64,000 nt of DNA from Eledone cirrhosa (lineage: Eukaryota), in the NCBI GenBank assembly GCA_964016885.1, contig OZ024745.1:74028001-74092000 (forward strand), in the 5' to 3' direction. Positions within the stretch are counted from its first letter, which is position 1. Every line of letters starts with the position of its first letter. This document shows, piece by piece, positions 14,254 to 28,966 of this stretch. The position numbers and the translations under genes are program-made. The notes under the pieces are model-generated. The model made no database searches and was not told where the DNA came from. It was given only the letters and a program-made list of their open reading frames with translations.

Positions 14254-15416
14254 GAGAGAGATATTAGCCATAAAGTTTATACTGTTTATTATGCTCTTTT
14301 TATTTATTTATTTCAGAATTTTATTTGCCAGAGCAATATCTACTTTCACGATAGAATATGAATTAAATAAATTAGTTATCGTCAGATATGTTTCTCCAAT
14401 CTAAAGTATATGTCTAATTTAAGCACCATCAATTTTTTTACCGATATCTGCTGGGTATATTGAGTTGTGAAATAAATTACTTTAAATATGGCAAATTATG
14501 CCATATTCTTAAGAATGTTACCTGAGCTGCGATCATATCACCGTCTTTGAAATTGGTTAAATACGAACATTGAATACAAATAAATGATGGATTATCTTAC
14601 GATACTACAGTCTAGACGTTGGCAGTCTCTTCAATAAGTGATTCCTCAATTAATAAAACACCCAGGAAGAATTGAATACCAACTCAAAGCGTTTAGTTTA
14701 ATGACACTGTCAAATACATTCATTTAATCTGGTGTAATCTCAAATCCCGAAGTAAAATCATCAGATTAACTATTTTATGGAAATACAAGATGCTGGTTAA
14801 CTAAAATATTTGAGTCACGTTTTGAAACTGCATGTGAAAAACGGCTTTATATTAGCTTACACTCACTCTACATCCCAAGTACAACCAATAAATAACAATA
14901 ATTTCTGTCCTTAGCACGGAATCTTCAATCTCTTTAGAGGCGTGGTGTCGATTTTCACTAGTACTTACTTTCCTGAAATAGATTTTGAACTCCAAAGTCT
15001 ACGTCAATAAGTTTGAACTCAGAATATAAAGGGACGTAATTAAATACTATTAAGCATATTATTATGGTTCTCTAATGATTCTGACATTCTCAGCTATTAT
15101 TATTACCATAGACACAAAGCTTCATACATTTTATTAGGGAGGAATCGATAAAATCGGCCCCAGTACTTCACTGATACTTTATTTTACGAAAGACAATGCT
15201 AATCTCAGCAGAGCTTGTGACTAGATACCGTTAGTCATTTTGCTTGGCAAAACACCGATTGAGCGATTTCCCATCCTTACTAGTACCAGTAGCTCATCAA
15301 CAATTTGTGCTAAAATCTACAAAAAAGTAAATTCAGAATTTACTTGTAGCTTAGTAGTGTGTTGTACTGTATCATGGATATACTTGATATTATTATTGAT
15401 ATTATTATTGTACATC

Positions 15417-15605
15417 TGGGGCAATGGTTTGGCAGTATCGGTAGAGAAGTCAGATACCATGATTTGCAGCATAGAGTTGTGGCCCTTTACGCTCTGAGTT
15501 CAAATCCCGCCGAGATTAACTTGCCTTTCATTCTTACGGAGTCGATAAAATAAAGCACGAGTAAAGCACTGGGGTAATTGCTGGCCTTGTGCCAAAAGTA
15601 AAAAC
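15417..15605 (+). mobile_element. tRNA-derived SINE with 16-bp TSD
   Basis: A-box-like tggcagtatcgg and B-box gagttcaaatcc. TSD attattattgtacatc at 15401-15416 and 15606-15621. Older degenerate copies at ~14900-15220. Confidence 0.9.
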
Positions 15606-15871
15606 ATTATTATTGTACATCCGTAAGTCAAAGTCTGAGAGAAACTCGAGCAGAGATGGAATTCAATACAGATAACCTTGTTAATGCTAGACGTAGGAGA
15701 CAGACACTGTACGAAAGGAAGGACATATTTTGGGATACAGTTTTTGCTATGTTATGTATGTTTGATCGCCAGGGGAAATTGTCAGTAACTGTGACTTAGC
15801 ATTTGTAGCGATATGATATATTTCTTTTTTTGTAGAGATTGCTTCTGAATGATATATATATATAATATATA

Positions 15872-15956
<85 letters not shown>

Positions 15957-16067
15957 GTATAATCAGAGCACCAATTCTAATTTTTTATTTCGGCTTGACT
16001 GGCAACCGCTCTGTATAATCAGTTCCTGATTATTTACTAGAATTCTATAAGAACCAAACATCCACGA

Positions 16068-16157
16068 TTTCAGCAAACAGGAGTAGTAGTTGGGTTTCAT
16101 AAGCATCAATAAATGCGAAACAGGGCCCTGTCAGCTTTATCTCCCTGTTTGCTGAAA
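16068..16157 (+). ncRNA. Degenerate hammerhead-like motif inside a long closing stem
   Basis: GCAT caataa ATGC-GAAAC agggccct GTC with the core decayed to TTCATAA, enclosed by tttcagcaaacagg / cctgtttgctgaaa. Confidence 0.4.
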
Positions 16158-16260
16158 ATTAAAGTAAGTGAGTCTGTTACTACTCTAAAACAATAGCATA
16201 AGGTCTTCGAAATGCTTTTAATTAAGCATACAGTGTATTGCAAAATACACTATATATACA

Positions 16261-16345
<85 letters not shown>

Positions 16346-16788
16346 GGTGTTGGATGCTTAAAGCGTCCGTTTGCGGGAGGCCGTTTGAGAACTCGATGCT
16401 CTCATAGAGCAGAGTATGATATCACAGAAAAAAGAGAATCAGTGTTGCGACGAATGGAATTTATTGGACATATTACAATCGTTTATCTGGCGACCAGCTC
16501 GAAGCACGATCGATGTGATGATCGAACCTGATTTACGACATACGATTTCTGTAATTTCATGGAGTGGGTGGGTGTATAAGTATATCTAGATATGTTTCTG
16601 TAAAAAACGGTACATATCAATTGAGAAACTATTAGTATTTTGTACATGTATGTAGAACAAATATGGGGGTAAATATACTTCCTTCAAGATGGTAACAAGC
16701 CTAAATCACTTTTACAGATCTATTTCATAAAACTCGGAGTAAAAACGCCAACCATCGGTTTTAGTAATAAGTATCAATCACCAATTAT

Positions 16789-16835
<47 letters not shown>

Positions 16836-16899
16836 TGTGTGTGTGTGTGTGAGAGAGAGAAAGAGAGAGAGATTACAGTATTAGGCTAAGCTACATCAT

Positions 16900-17500
16900 T
16901 TGAGGGTAGTGGAAGAGACTGTTTTGGCCTAAACGTTACTTTTACAGACAGGCTTAGTGACCAGGCAAGTTTGATAGGCAGTGTATTGATATTTCTTAAG
17001 GTTGTGTCAAGTATTATTTTTGGATACGTTGGGTAATTTTGGATACGTGGGTAATGAAGTCGAAACCTTTGTTGATGTTGATAATGGTCAGAATGGTGCA
17101 TCGATCATGTATCCTCTGAATAGGTTTGTGAATTGTGCGGAGATCGAATGTAGTGGCCTACATCCGTATTTTTTTTATAGATACAATATTATGTACTGTC
17201 TTTATTATTTCATTTATGTGTGTTGTGAATGCTAAGAATGGAGGATATGTGTATTTGGTGTGTATTGTATATACTTGAGAGTAAAGATTGGCTGTAGTTG
17301 ATGTTCTTAACTTTTGCTATTAAGTGAACGTGATAGATACTACTTTAATTCTGTTGTTTTGGAGCCAGCTTTCTATGTGACTGATATAATCAAAGTAATT
17401 GTAGAGTTGTCTAAAATGCTTAGATATGTTAGTGAGTATCTACGATGTTTGAGTCAATGGATAAACAATTACAAAACCGCTCGACCAACTAAACCTAGCA
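16900..17500 (-). mobile_element. Possible highly degraded LINE RT C-terminal fragment
   Basis: Minus strand has HIESWLQNNRIK, resembling the post-YADD WLxxNxL segment. The rest is fragmented. Confidence 0.3.
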
Positions 17501-20059
17501 CCTAAATATCCTTTAAATTTTATAGTCTTAAAATGGATGAACATACTGGATAAATTAGTGTTGAGTATAAAAAGAAGACGAGGTTATTGTAGCTTGAATG
17601 CCGAATATGATGCCAGCTGTAATATTTACAAGTGAAGAAGTCGAAGATGGTACAAGTGGTCATTTTTTTAGAAAACAGCTAAATAATTGTAATTTGTAAT
17701 CAATATTGAGAAGATATTTTAAAAATAGAATTAATAATTGCAAGGGCTAAATATCATGTTGTTTCAGATAAGAGATGCGATTTTATGCCACATTTTAACA
17801 ACTGTGTCATCTGTGAGAAGAACGCAAAATTAAAATATTTTGTGGGGATTCGGGCGTAAAGTTTCTGAGGAAGTATAATAGATGCTTTCTTTTCTTATTT
17901 CATTTCATAACTGTGTCTATTTTCTCTTCAATAACATACCAAATATAGAAGATAATTTAGATGCCATGCCTAGCATCCTTGATAGCAGACGGAGTCGTAA
18001 GGGTGTTCTCGTGACATAAACGTATATTGAGCATTAAATCTGACATAATTCATCCTTCTTCAAGCCTTCCCACTGCCATTTTCTTCAGAAATAGAGAGAG
18101 AAGAATTAAGAATGAAATCCATAGTTGACCTATGGAGAATTTGAACACAGAACTCAAATACAGCCACACTGTCCGACGTTCTAGCGACTCTGTCAATTCG
18201 ACGAAGTTTCTTTTTAATGTATATTGTTTTAGTATATCTTCACCGCCATTAAACTTGTGGGAAATATAGTAATCATTACACTATTAAACGTGATATGTGT
18301 TCCTTCATGATAATTATGAAAATGTAACCTTAACATTTCGACAATGAAATAAATATATTATAAAAGCGCTATGAAAATTTGGAACGAATCATATGCGCTA
18401 GGATTTATTATACAAGTAATAAATATTAAACTACTGAATTAATGTTATTACACGTCCATACTGTCACTAATGCTATTAATATCTCTGTCGATAGTCCTTT
18501 CAAAAGAAAAATGAAATTATCATCAATAGCAAATCACCCTTAGTTCAATAACCTCACCACCTTCAATTTTATTGTGGCAAAAAAAAAGAAAAAATAGTAA
18601 AAATAGTTGCTGAAAAATCAACTGTAGCAATAAAATCACCAAGGAAATTATAACATCTAAATATTTGTAATGTTTTGCAATAAACTTTATTTTTTCCAAC
18701 CTCCGAAATTTTGAAATCTTCAAAGAATTTTGGTAGTATGTGATAGAGCAAGAATATTTTTACTTGTGAAAAAAACAAAAAGAACGTTAATATCCACTAT
18801 CATTTCATGAACCAAACAAAAAGAATTATTTTTGCTTAAACGAAAATTAATTCATGGAACTCGGTAGCTTCAGATCACGTTTCTTGCCTCAAATAAAACA
18901 GAAAGAATGTAGAGAAGGGAGGTAAGAGAGAAGAAAAGATATCCCATAATAGCTAAATAGTTTATTCTTGTTTTTGTTTGTTTGTTCGTCCCTTTTGTCC
19001 TTTATCATTCATATTTCTATTGTCAGTTTGCTGCAAAATTCACTTTCATTTGAAAGCTTGAAGATGTTTGCCATTGTACAGCAGTTCAGATTTCTTTGAT
19101 GAATCCACCTAATTTATGTATACTTAGTATGAAGAGTGTAACAAAGTGAAGATACACAATGTCGAGGATAAAATAAATATAGTAAACTAGAAACGAAGCA
19201 AGAAGTATATATCGCTTACGTCTTGATACTAAATAAAATATTAGACTTTAGTATTTCTATCAAACATAATTTCTTATTCTGCGACAATAATGTTTGTAGA
19301 TAATATGTTATTATTGATTCGTTCCTCAAATATTGTTTTCACGTTGGTTAATTCTCAGTGTTTGCTGTTGTCACTACGTTTATTATTACTGACGCGGATT
19401 ATACTTCTATTGTGAATAGTAATGATTAATTGTATTTTTATTCTTGACTTTACTGTCTTTCTTACAGACATTCATTTATATTTTGTCTTGTTTTGAAGTT
19501 GTTAACTTAACGGATGCTGTATTGAAAACGTATTTTTTTACGTCTACTCTTCTGTCTACGAACTAAATGTATCTTTTTATGAGTTCTAAAAAGTATATTC
19601 CAATACTCCAATATCTACAGAAAGAACCTAACCAAAAGAAAATCGATATTTTCAGTAAGAACACTGTTGGTTATACTTACCTACACGTAGACACACAAGG
19701 ACAATTGTGTACACATCTGAAGTTATACACACACACATGCATATGCACACAGACACGCACACACATATACACACACGCACACACACATACACACACGCAC
19801 ACACACACACGCACACACACACATATATATATATATATGTGTGTGTATGTGTGTTAGATGTATACATACAGTTACAGGCGGCGCGCCGTTCGAAGTACCC
19901 AATGATGTTACGAGGTCCGTCTCGTGTATATTCCAGAGTTAAGGCGGCTGTAGTTCGCAGAGTGTAAATAGATTAAATGGAATTGAAGTGTGTGTTGCAG
20001 CATATGTATCAACGTTATTGGCATATTACAATTGTTTAGATAAATATTTTTATTGGTGG

Positions 20060-20620
20060 TGCTGCTTTATTCTAGTGTGTTCAGTATTCATGTATGGGGA
20101 ACACTATCAAAGGTTTGTAGCAGTCGATCCATGCCATTCTGAGGAGTTTGTTTCTTTTTCTGCAGTTTTCGGTTATGGAGTTATTGATTAGCAACTGGTC
20201 TATACAGCTATATGAGCCTTTGTGGCATCCTTTCTGTCCGTCTGGAAGCAGGTTGTTTTTGTTTCTTTTTTCAGGTGTTTAATCAGTTTCTGTAACATTA
20301 TTGCATTTAAAGTTTTATATATATTAGGCGGGCATATTATGGGTTTGTAGTTTTCGGGATTTTCTGTCTCATTATTCTTGATGATCATGGTGGTTTTTTC
20401 CCTTTACTGAGCCATTCGGATGTTTTTTCTGGCTATGTCAGTATCTCTCCAAAGCCCCATTGCACTATATTTCACTTTTAAATATTTTAACGAAAAATTG
20501 GGGATCTTGTCATGTCCCAGTGCCTTCCAATTTCTTGCTTTATTTAGTATGCTAGACACGTCATCTGTTGTGATGTCTTGCCACAGTTTTTCAGCTTCTG
20601 TATTCGTTGTTCTTCACTGC
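20060..20620 (-). mobile_element. Degraded RLE-type (R4/Dong-like) RT fragment
   Basis: NWKALGHDKIPNF, ENPENYKPIICPPNIYK and a WID...FDSVPH segment, in several frames with stops. Confidence 0.7.
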
Positions 20621-21539
20621 TTGCTAACTAACAATGCAAACTCCTAAATCCTCCTGCCCAGCATTCTTCAACCTCAACCTAACCTCGCCCTCTATTTTTA
20701 CTTGTTTGTCTATCCATTTCTTGTTTCATCTTCTCCTTCTCCTCCTTCTCCCCCATCCCCCCCATCCCCATCGTCATCATCATCATCATCATCATCATCA
20801 CCATCATCATCATCATTATCATCATTCTCATTATCTTCATCATCGTCGTCATTAACATTGTTGCCGTCATCTTTTATTAACGATTAAATGTTACTGTTTT
20901 AAATATTACTTTTTTAAATCACGTTAGCATCTTTCACATTTTGTTGTCTTTAAATTTACACCGACTTTGTATTATGTTTCTTTATATCCACGTTCATTTA
21001 TACGCTTTTAACTAATAATTCGCCTTGGGGGAAAAATTGACGCTTTTCATCTTATTCCATACCTCTTAACATTTATGAGGTTTTTTTTCTAAGAGTACTG
21101 ACGGTGTCAATGACACATAATTTACATGTATAATAAAATTCTATTTTCGACATGTTTGTGAACATATTATAACGCGAATTAATGCTATAATTATATAAAA
21201 ATCTTCAAACAAAACGCATGCTTGTGTTAATGGAATGTTCGCTTTACAAATATTCGTCATTAATCTTGGTTTCATATACTAATTTTATAAATGTGGACAC
21301 CTACAATTAAATAGTATTTTTTGTTAAAACTAATCTACAGTTGTGGTAAAAACAAAAGTAATGATTTTGTTATAATATCGACATTTTATCGGTCAGTAAC
21401 ATATTGAAAATTCAAAAGATCTTTCGGGCGTGTTTTGTTCTAATTAATTTGAATGCCATAGTTATCAATCAGATTGTACATATAATTATTTATTCAAACG
21501 GGTAAATGTAAATAATCCTGTTAATATAGTTATACAGCA

Positions 21540-21800
21540 GCAGTCGACCATTGAAGACTAAATCCGTCAACGCAGGCTATAGTTGTTTGACTACGTCTGC
21601 AGGACAAGCAGCGGAAGACTACCTCACAAACCTTTGTCACAACAGTGACCCATGCACTGGGGAATTCAGTGCAGTGCACCGACGGAGACATGGGTGAAAC
21701 AAATCGAGGAGGACCTGAAATCGCAGCGCTTCGACCTCGACCATGATAAGATCAGCGCCATGGATATTGTAAACTGGAGATCAACCCTGTATGAGACCCT
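21540..21800 (+). mobile_element. RTE-like LINE 3' fragment (second family)
   Basis: IRQRRL*LFDYVCR..GRLP...TWVKQIEEDLK resembles the RTE C-terminus. Confidence 0.55.
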
Positions 21801-23175
21801 CTTAGTAGTTTGTAACTGACTGAACAAGGTTTGGAAATTGTTTATAGAACCTTTTGTCAATTCAATTGCGTCTGTGGGTCCATCTCTAATATAAAATCCT
21901 TGGAATGTAATTTTATTACTATATGGCTGTAGATAAATATCTCTAGACGCCTTGTTCATAATAAATACACATATGGTAGCCCCTCACATGTGTAATATAG
22001 TACGTTGAAAGGTTTCGTTTAACTGATGTGTTCCAAGTATTTAGTATACAAGTTAATCTAAAAACAAAGGCCATAACCCCAATAGAATTAATTAACCTGA
22101 AACTATAGAAAATAAAGAAAAGACGATAGAGATGAGAGTTGATCTTGCCTTTAAAACCAACGAGTGAATGGAGATGGTTCCGTCTTATAAACTTCTTTAA
22201 CCAATGCATATTCAACTCAACTGGAAAGTCATAAAAGTGATCAATATTTTTAAATAAAGGGAATGCAATGACGCTGATCATGTGTATTAGTAATGTGGCG
22301 TCCATATATTATGTAGGACACATAATGACAAATAATGTCAATTAATAGTTTGAGTGGAAATATAGAACTAATATCAATCAAAAAGAAAATGTTTCGATTT
22401 ATATTGAAGCTTATCGTTTGTTTACTTTAACCAGCATAGCTAAGGTTATGCACTGCTGTTTTAAATAAGTTAAATTATTCACTAGAATAAAGAAATTACA
22501 AGAAAATATAATGCAATGAATATATTTATCAAGAAAATGTAGAAATGGAAGTTAACAATTTCGATTGAAATGCACTTTACAAAATGGGTCCTTAGTATTA
22601 CTTTTATTTATATGTTCTTTCAACGGCTCAATATAACCACATCAAATAAATAAAGAAGAAAATCAATACTTAAAACAAATAAGAAAGTAAAATTTGTTTA
22701 GACCAATGTGTATTTATTGCTAATGACTTCGGAAATGAATCAATGGTTCTTATTGATTGCATAGCGTAACATACTGAATTTTTATTGTAATTAAATTTGC
22801 TTGCAGAGATAGATTTGTCTTATGGTACTGGTCTGAACACGGTTTTCAACCAAGTGTAAATTTACTGTATCGCATATAAAAACATTCAGATAATGTTTTA
22901 GAACTTTTGAAGGAGATAGAACGTTTAATCGTATACCCCGAAAGTACTTTCATCTTTGGGTTGGGGCAGAGTCGTCAAACACGCCTTTCAGTGGTTCTAT
23001 CAGAAGCAATTGTCTCGAATTGATTCGGCTGGATCCCCAAGCGAGATCAGCCGAGCTCATAGTTGTTACACACACATACATATATACACACACATATATA
23101 CATACACAATACACATATATATACACACATACATAAATGCATACATACATACATACATACATACATACATACATA

Positions 23176-26100
23176 GTCAGTCAACGCGATCAGTCGCATG
23201 TTTTTGTGTGGGAGACTATTCATTAAATTTTAGATGAATACTATCTCCGACAGTAATGCCACAACTACCAGTCATGTTGAATAACTGGAAATTCTTCTAA
23301 CTATATCTACTAAAGACACCTTTTATTCGAATTCGTAGAGATATCCGATTAAATACATAATTCATTTTAAAAGGATTTGCTACAAACAGCATGGCTGAAC
23401 ACAACATCAACAACAACAGCATCAGTGGAGTACGGAAGAAAAACGAGAAAGGTAAACACAATTTATTCAGTTGTAGCTGCAGAAGAAACCGAAATTATAA
23501 ATCACATTTCTCTTGGAGTTGCGAACTTAATGATGATTTATTTAATTGTTATAAAATGGAAAAAACAGTCCCCCCCCTTGGCTATATGAACAGAATGAAG
23601 CTACACTGGGACGAAATACACACATTGCTAAATCACTTCACAGCGAAACAATTACGCCAACAAGCGACGTTTGTTGAATGTAAAAATAAGATAAATATTA
23701 TTAATTGCAAGTCCCCCACAACAAACATGGAATCAACAACACGTCCTACAGGTCGCCATGCTACTAGACTTCCTAGCAGGCAGGTCGAACAGTGCCTTGA
23801 AACGTCTATGCCTGTAAGAAATTTGACACCACGTGTACCATCTAAGTCTACCTCGAATGCTGGGGAAAACACTATCGATAATAATAATAATCGAAGAAAT
23901 TTCACACCACGTGTACCATCCGAGTCTACCTCGACTATTGTGGAAAATACTATCGATAATGATAATAATCAAAAGTATAAACAATTGAAAATTTCTCTCA
24001 ACGAAATCTTCCAGAGAGAAATTAATTCATGTATAAACATTTCTCTTGCTGAAGGTTTTAAAACAACACTTTAATAATAAAAAACCAATAATGAAATATT
24101 ACGTGTTATTGACGAAATAGGGGATGAATATTTAAGACGGATAAAAACCCCAACATTTTAGCAAATCAACACCTGTTTATATGCTTTAGCAACCACAGTG
24201 AAGCATTATCTTGGTGATAGCAGAGATATTAACAAGAATAAAACACCACCAAAAATACCATCATATATAACTAAAATAGAAAAAAAGATTGCTGACCTAC
24301 GAAAAACCATAGGGTATGTGACAATGCTCCTTACATGCAAACAAACACACAAAAAACTTCACTCTTCACCAACAAAGAGTGAAAAATAAAATATAGACGA
24401 TGTTTGGTAACAATAGAACCAGAACTCTTCAATATAAGATGATCGCCCTCAAAGAAGAATTGAGAGCTGTTAGCGAAAGACACCGATACCTGAAGAAGGA
24501 AGATGAAAGAAAAGTGCCTAATAAAAGATTCAGACGAAACCAAACATCAGTCTATAGAGATATGAAGGGCAAAATAATAAGTGTCACTGAGGCCCCATCC
24601 CAGAAAGACATAGATTCCTTTTGGAGAAAAATATGGGGTGAAAAGAAGAATTTCAACCAAGATGCAATGTGGCTAAAAGAAATCCAAAAGAACTATTGCT
24701 CCTACACTACAACAAAAACATACGACATAAGTGATAGGAAAACTCAAAGATAAGAAAACACCAGGAAGAGCCATGATTGTCGGCTACTGGTACAAAAAAC
24801 TGATATTCTATCGGAGATATCTTACCGATCTCTACCAACAAGTTCTTAAGGGAGATACACTTATACCAGAATGGTTGACATTAGCACAAACATTAGTGGT
24901 CTCCAAGAACAAAGACACCCACTTGGCAAAAAACTACCGACCCATTGCATGCCAGAACCTGATGTATAAGATGTATACAGCCTGCCTGAACCTATTCCTC
25001 CAAGATCACTGTGAAAATAATTGTTTCTACTTTTGGCACAAGGCCAGCAATTACCCAGTACATTACTGGTACTTTATTTTATCGACCCCGTAAGGATGAA
25101 AGGCAAAGTTAACCTCGACGGGATTTATACTCAGACCGTAAAGGGACGTAACTATGCTGGAAAGCAAGGCATCCGACCCTCTACCGATACTGCGAATTCA
25201 CCACCCTCTGAAAATAATAACATCATCACAGATGAACAATCAGCTGGAAAGAAAGGGGTTTGGGGATGTGCTTAACAACTCCTAATCAACAAAACTGTGA
25301 TGTCGGAGGTGCGACAACTTAGGAGGAATATGGCTACAGTATGGCTGGACTACAGGAAAGCTTTCGATTCTGTTCTCCACTCTTGGATGATAGAGGCCCT
25401 CCGACTTGCTAAAGTCCCAGACATTATTGTCAGAGCCATAGAGAAGCTGTCTTCTTCTTGGGCTACTCTCCTAAAGTTAAAGACAGAGAAGGAATGACTC
25501 TGTTTTCACTGATAAATAAAATATCGCAGGGGTATACTTCAGGGAGAAAGTCTCTTTGTGATATTATTCCTCCTGTCATTAAACCCCTTGTCCTTTCTGC
25601 TCAAGAAATGTGAAGGATACATCATTGGCTCACAAGAGGACAGAAATACGAACCTAACACATAATTTCTATGTGGTTGATCTGAAACTCTATGCCAAGAA
25701 CATGGATGGGATGAAGAAAAATCTTGACCTGGTTACAACATTCTCAAAGGATATAGGAATGGAGTTTGGCCAAGATAAATGCTCATACATGACTGTAAAG
25801 CGGGGAAAAACAACAACCCAATCTAGCAACATTTGTATCAATGGCCTAACTGTTTCACCAATATCTGAGGAGGACTGCTACAGATACCCGGGGATAGATG
25901 AGAACATATCCTATAATGGTATCTGTAATAAGGAACGCGTAACCAAGGAATACTACACCCGATTTAGAAAGATATGGTCATCAGAACACTGTGCAAAACA
26001 AAACAGTGGCTCACAATGTGTTTGCTGTGCCTGTCCTAACACCAACTTTTTGGAATACTCAATTGGACGATAGACGAAATCCGAGCGATTGATGTTAGAA

Positions 26101-27410
26101 CTCGAAATATACTAAACAACACCGGAAACTTCCACATCAACAGTGATATAGACCCCCTTTACTTGAAATGTAAGCAGGAAGCAGAGGCCTAACAGTATTT
26201 GAATGTCGCATCATATCCCTCCGACAACGTCTACGGACCTGAAAGCGTAGGAGCCCTTCTCTCGAGCAAGTCTATCTGCATGAAACAGATAAGATCATGA
26301 GAGTTGGGAAGGAACTCCTCGAGAGGTAATCCCTGTGTGATAACCAAAAACTCACGCCCAGGGAAGTTGGTCAGCAGTATCGCAGTGAATCCATGGATGA
26401 AAAACTGCATGCCTATCAGCAAAAAATCATGCATGGATATGTTGCCAGGAAGCTCCAGAGTGAGAGTAATATAGATAAAGAAAGTAGTCTATCTTGGACC
26501 AACAACCGCTATATTGGCTCCCACTTTGAAGGATACGCTTTTGCAATCCAAGAACTGGAAATCAACACGAAATACCTGATTCACAAAAGAGATAGGGATG
26601 CAGGCAAAACACCTAGATGTGATAACAAGTGCAGAATCTGCAGAATTAACATCGAAGATGTCACCCATGTCATAAGCAGCTGTGAAAAGATGTCATCGAG
26701 GCCAAAACACTGTACAATGCAATCCGTAGAAAAGATAGCCCCGATAATAAACACATTAAAAGCTACAGCAATGTGTAAGACATACATATACATAATATAA
26801 AAGAGTACTGGTGGAAAACCCCAATAAAATGCAGGCATAACAGACCAGATATTATGATATGGGACAGGGAAAAGAAGGCATGCACAGTAGTGGAAGTTAG
26901 CTGTCCAGCGGATGCCAATATATATCAAAGATTAGGGAAAAGGAGAATATTTATGCAGAATGATGAGAAATCTGCAGATACTCCACCCTGATTATACCTT
27001 CTGATTTATGCCTGTGACTATTGGGGCACTGGGATATGTTAGTAACTACCTCAATACAATCTTGAGAAGCTGGGCTTCACAGGAACAGAAAGAACACAAC
27101 TAGTTAGGAAATTACAAGTACAATCCATTAATGGAACAGTAAAAATATGTAAAACACTACAAAGATTTTGCATCTAATAACTACATATACACATGTACAG
27201 ATACTAAGCATATACATGCACACATACAACTCAAAACATACACATCCACACATACAATAATATCCATATTTACACATGCATGCAGACATGCATACATACC
27301 TACCTAGTTGATGTTGTATAAATTCCAATGAGAGAGTCTTGTGTCTATGTTAGAAACCGACTCTCTCTCTCTATTAGCAAAAATTTGTGAAATTATAAAA
27401 CCGGAAGAAC
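23176..27410 (+). mobile_element. Degraded near-full-length RLE non-LTR retrotransposon (R4/Dong-like, family A) flanked by (TACA)n
   Basis: Fragmented ORF: KNYRPIACQN, WLDYRKAFDSV, QGESL, YVVDLKLY (catalytic motif mutated), CRICRINIEDVTHVISSC, HNRPDIMIWD...EVSCP. Many stops and frameshifts. Preceded by (CATA)n and followed by acatacatacata. Confidence 0.85.
25022..25208 (-). mobile_element. tRNA-derived SINE inserted into the family A RT region
   Basis: TSD tgaaaataat at 25012-25021 and 25209-25218. Removing the insert restores DHCENNNIITDEQ. Confidence 0.9.
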
Positions 27411-28427
27411 ACACATACATACATATGAGTGCGTGTATTGATTTTACGCGTAATTTAGATACAAAGTCAGCAAATTTGGGAAAAAGGCAATTTGCAGGAT
27501 TTCAATTAAAAGACCAAAACAAATACCGTAATAACATTTTATTTGACGCTCTGCCAATTCTGTCATCCAACACCCTTATATGTGTGTATATATTGGCTGC
27601 GATATTTCAAATACATATATAACAAGCTTACATTTAAAGTAAACAACACTTATTTTTCGTTAATGAATTGTATGTAAGGTCTCGTAGCTTCTGAGGGAGT
27701 CGTAGGGAGGTCATATTAACATATGGCATTTCTAGGGCACTATTTTAAACATGGAGGAGCCTATCTCCTCTCCAGGTCTAAATACAGCAGATTTCTTATA
27801 GAGAATGATAGAGGGAGAGAGAGGGATAAAGAGGAAGATTTGACCCCAGTAATTGATTGATACTTTTTCATGGGCCTCGAAAGGATGAAAGGAGTTAAGT
27901 TATGTAAATAGATAGGAAAAGAATCAAGCAATCACAAAACTATTGTGTGCAAATGTTTGTTTTTTGTCTCACAAAGTATGTGAGCAGAGAATGTATAATA
28001 AATATAATTTTTAATTCCTACATTATTTTTGCACACATTAACTTCTTGCAAAATATTTTGCTGAGAAGGAGCAAGGTATTGAACTCAAGATTGTGAAAAG
28101 TATTCACTTTTGGTGATGTTTTTAACTTTTTATCAGTTATCAATTGCGATTGATATTTCTCTCGTTTACTTTAAAGACTGTCTATGCTTCATGGGAGATT
28201 TTCATGCAAGCATTTTACGGAAGTTGTATGCATAATAAAAGTGAGATATTGTGTTAATAGCATAGACTATAAAGTTGAAAGAAGCTATGAAGATATCAAA
28301 GCTCTTTGCAGGATAGAAACTATTCATGTGTGAACTATTTATTTAAATAACTGTTCTCAGAATCATTTAAAATAAAATAATTGAAAATCGCTCGAGTTAA
28401 CTTGGGGCCCGGATATGATTAATAATT

Positions 28428-28616
28428 GTTTCTACTTTTGGTACAAGGCCAGCAATTACCCAGTACATTACTGGTACTTTATTTTATCGACCTCGAAAGG
28501 ATGAAAGGCAAAGTTAACCTCGGCGGGATTTGAACTCAGTCCGTAAAGAGACGTAACTATGCTGGAAAGCATGGCGTCCGGCTCTCTACCGATACTGCCA
28601 ATCCACCGCCCTTTTG
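28428..28616 (-). mobile_element. tRNA-derived SINE with 13-bp TSD
   Basis: TSD atgattaataatt at 28415-28427 and 28617-28629. Same family as 25022-25208. Confidence 0.9.
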
Positions 28617-28850
28617 ATGATTAATAATTAAGGATAAAAATATGTGAATAGTTTAAAGGATTAAAATTTGATTAATTAAAGTCGAATATTTTCCCTCGTT
28701 TACTCCATTCATTTAGCTATTTGCAGGCCTTATAATATTACAATATTAAATTATCACAAAAATAGATTTCACAAAATCTTAACTATTATAGAATATTATA
28801 TTTATGTCTTCTCTCAAATTGCGAATAATTGGCTGTTACTCTTAAGAAAT

Positions 28851-28966
28851 AGGCGGTGAATTGACAGAGTCGTTAGAATTTCGGATAGAATGCTTTGCAG
28901 TATTGGTCCCGCCTCTCTGCTATCTGAGTTCAAATCCTACCGAGGTCAACTTTGTCTTTTATCCCT
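28851..28966 (+). mobile_element. SINE 5' half (tRNA-like head)
   Basis: aggcggtgaattgacagagtcgttag...ctgagttcaaatcc...gaggtcaactttg, truncated. Confidence 0.7.

Noticed and set aside
15417-15520. tRNA genes at A/B-box motifs
   Set aside because: No cloverleaf. These are multicopy SINE heads with TSDs.
16460-16500. Hammerhead-like remnant on the minus strand before AATAAA
   Set aside because: Lacks both the GAAA and the core.
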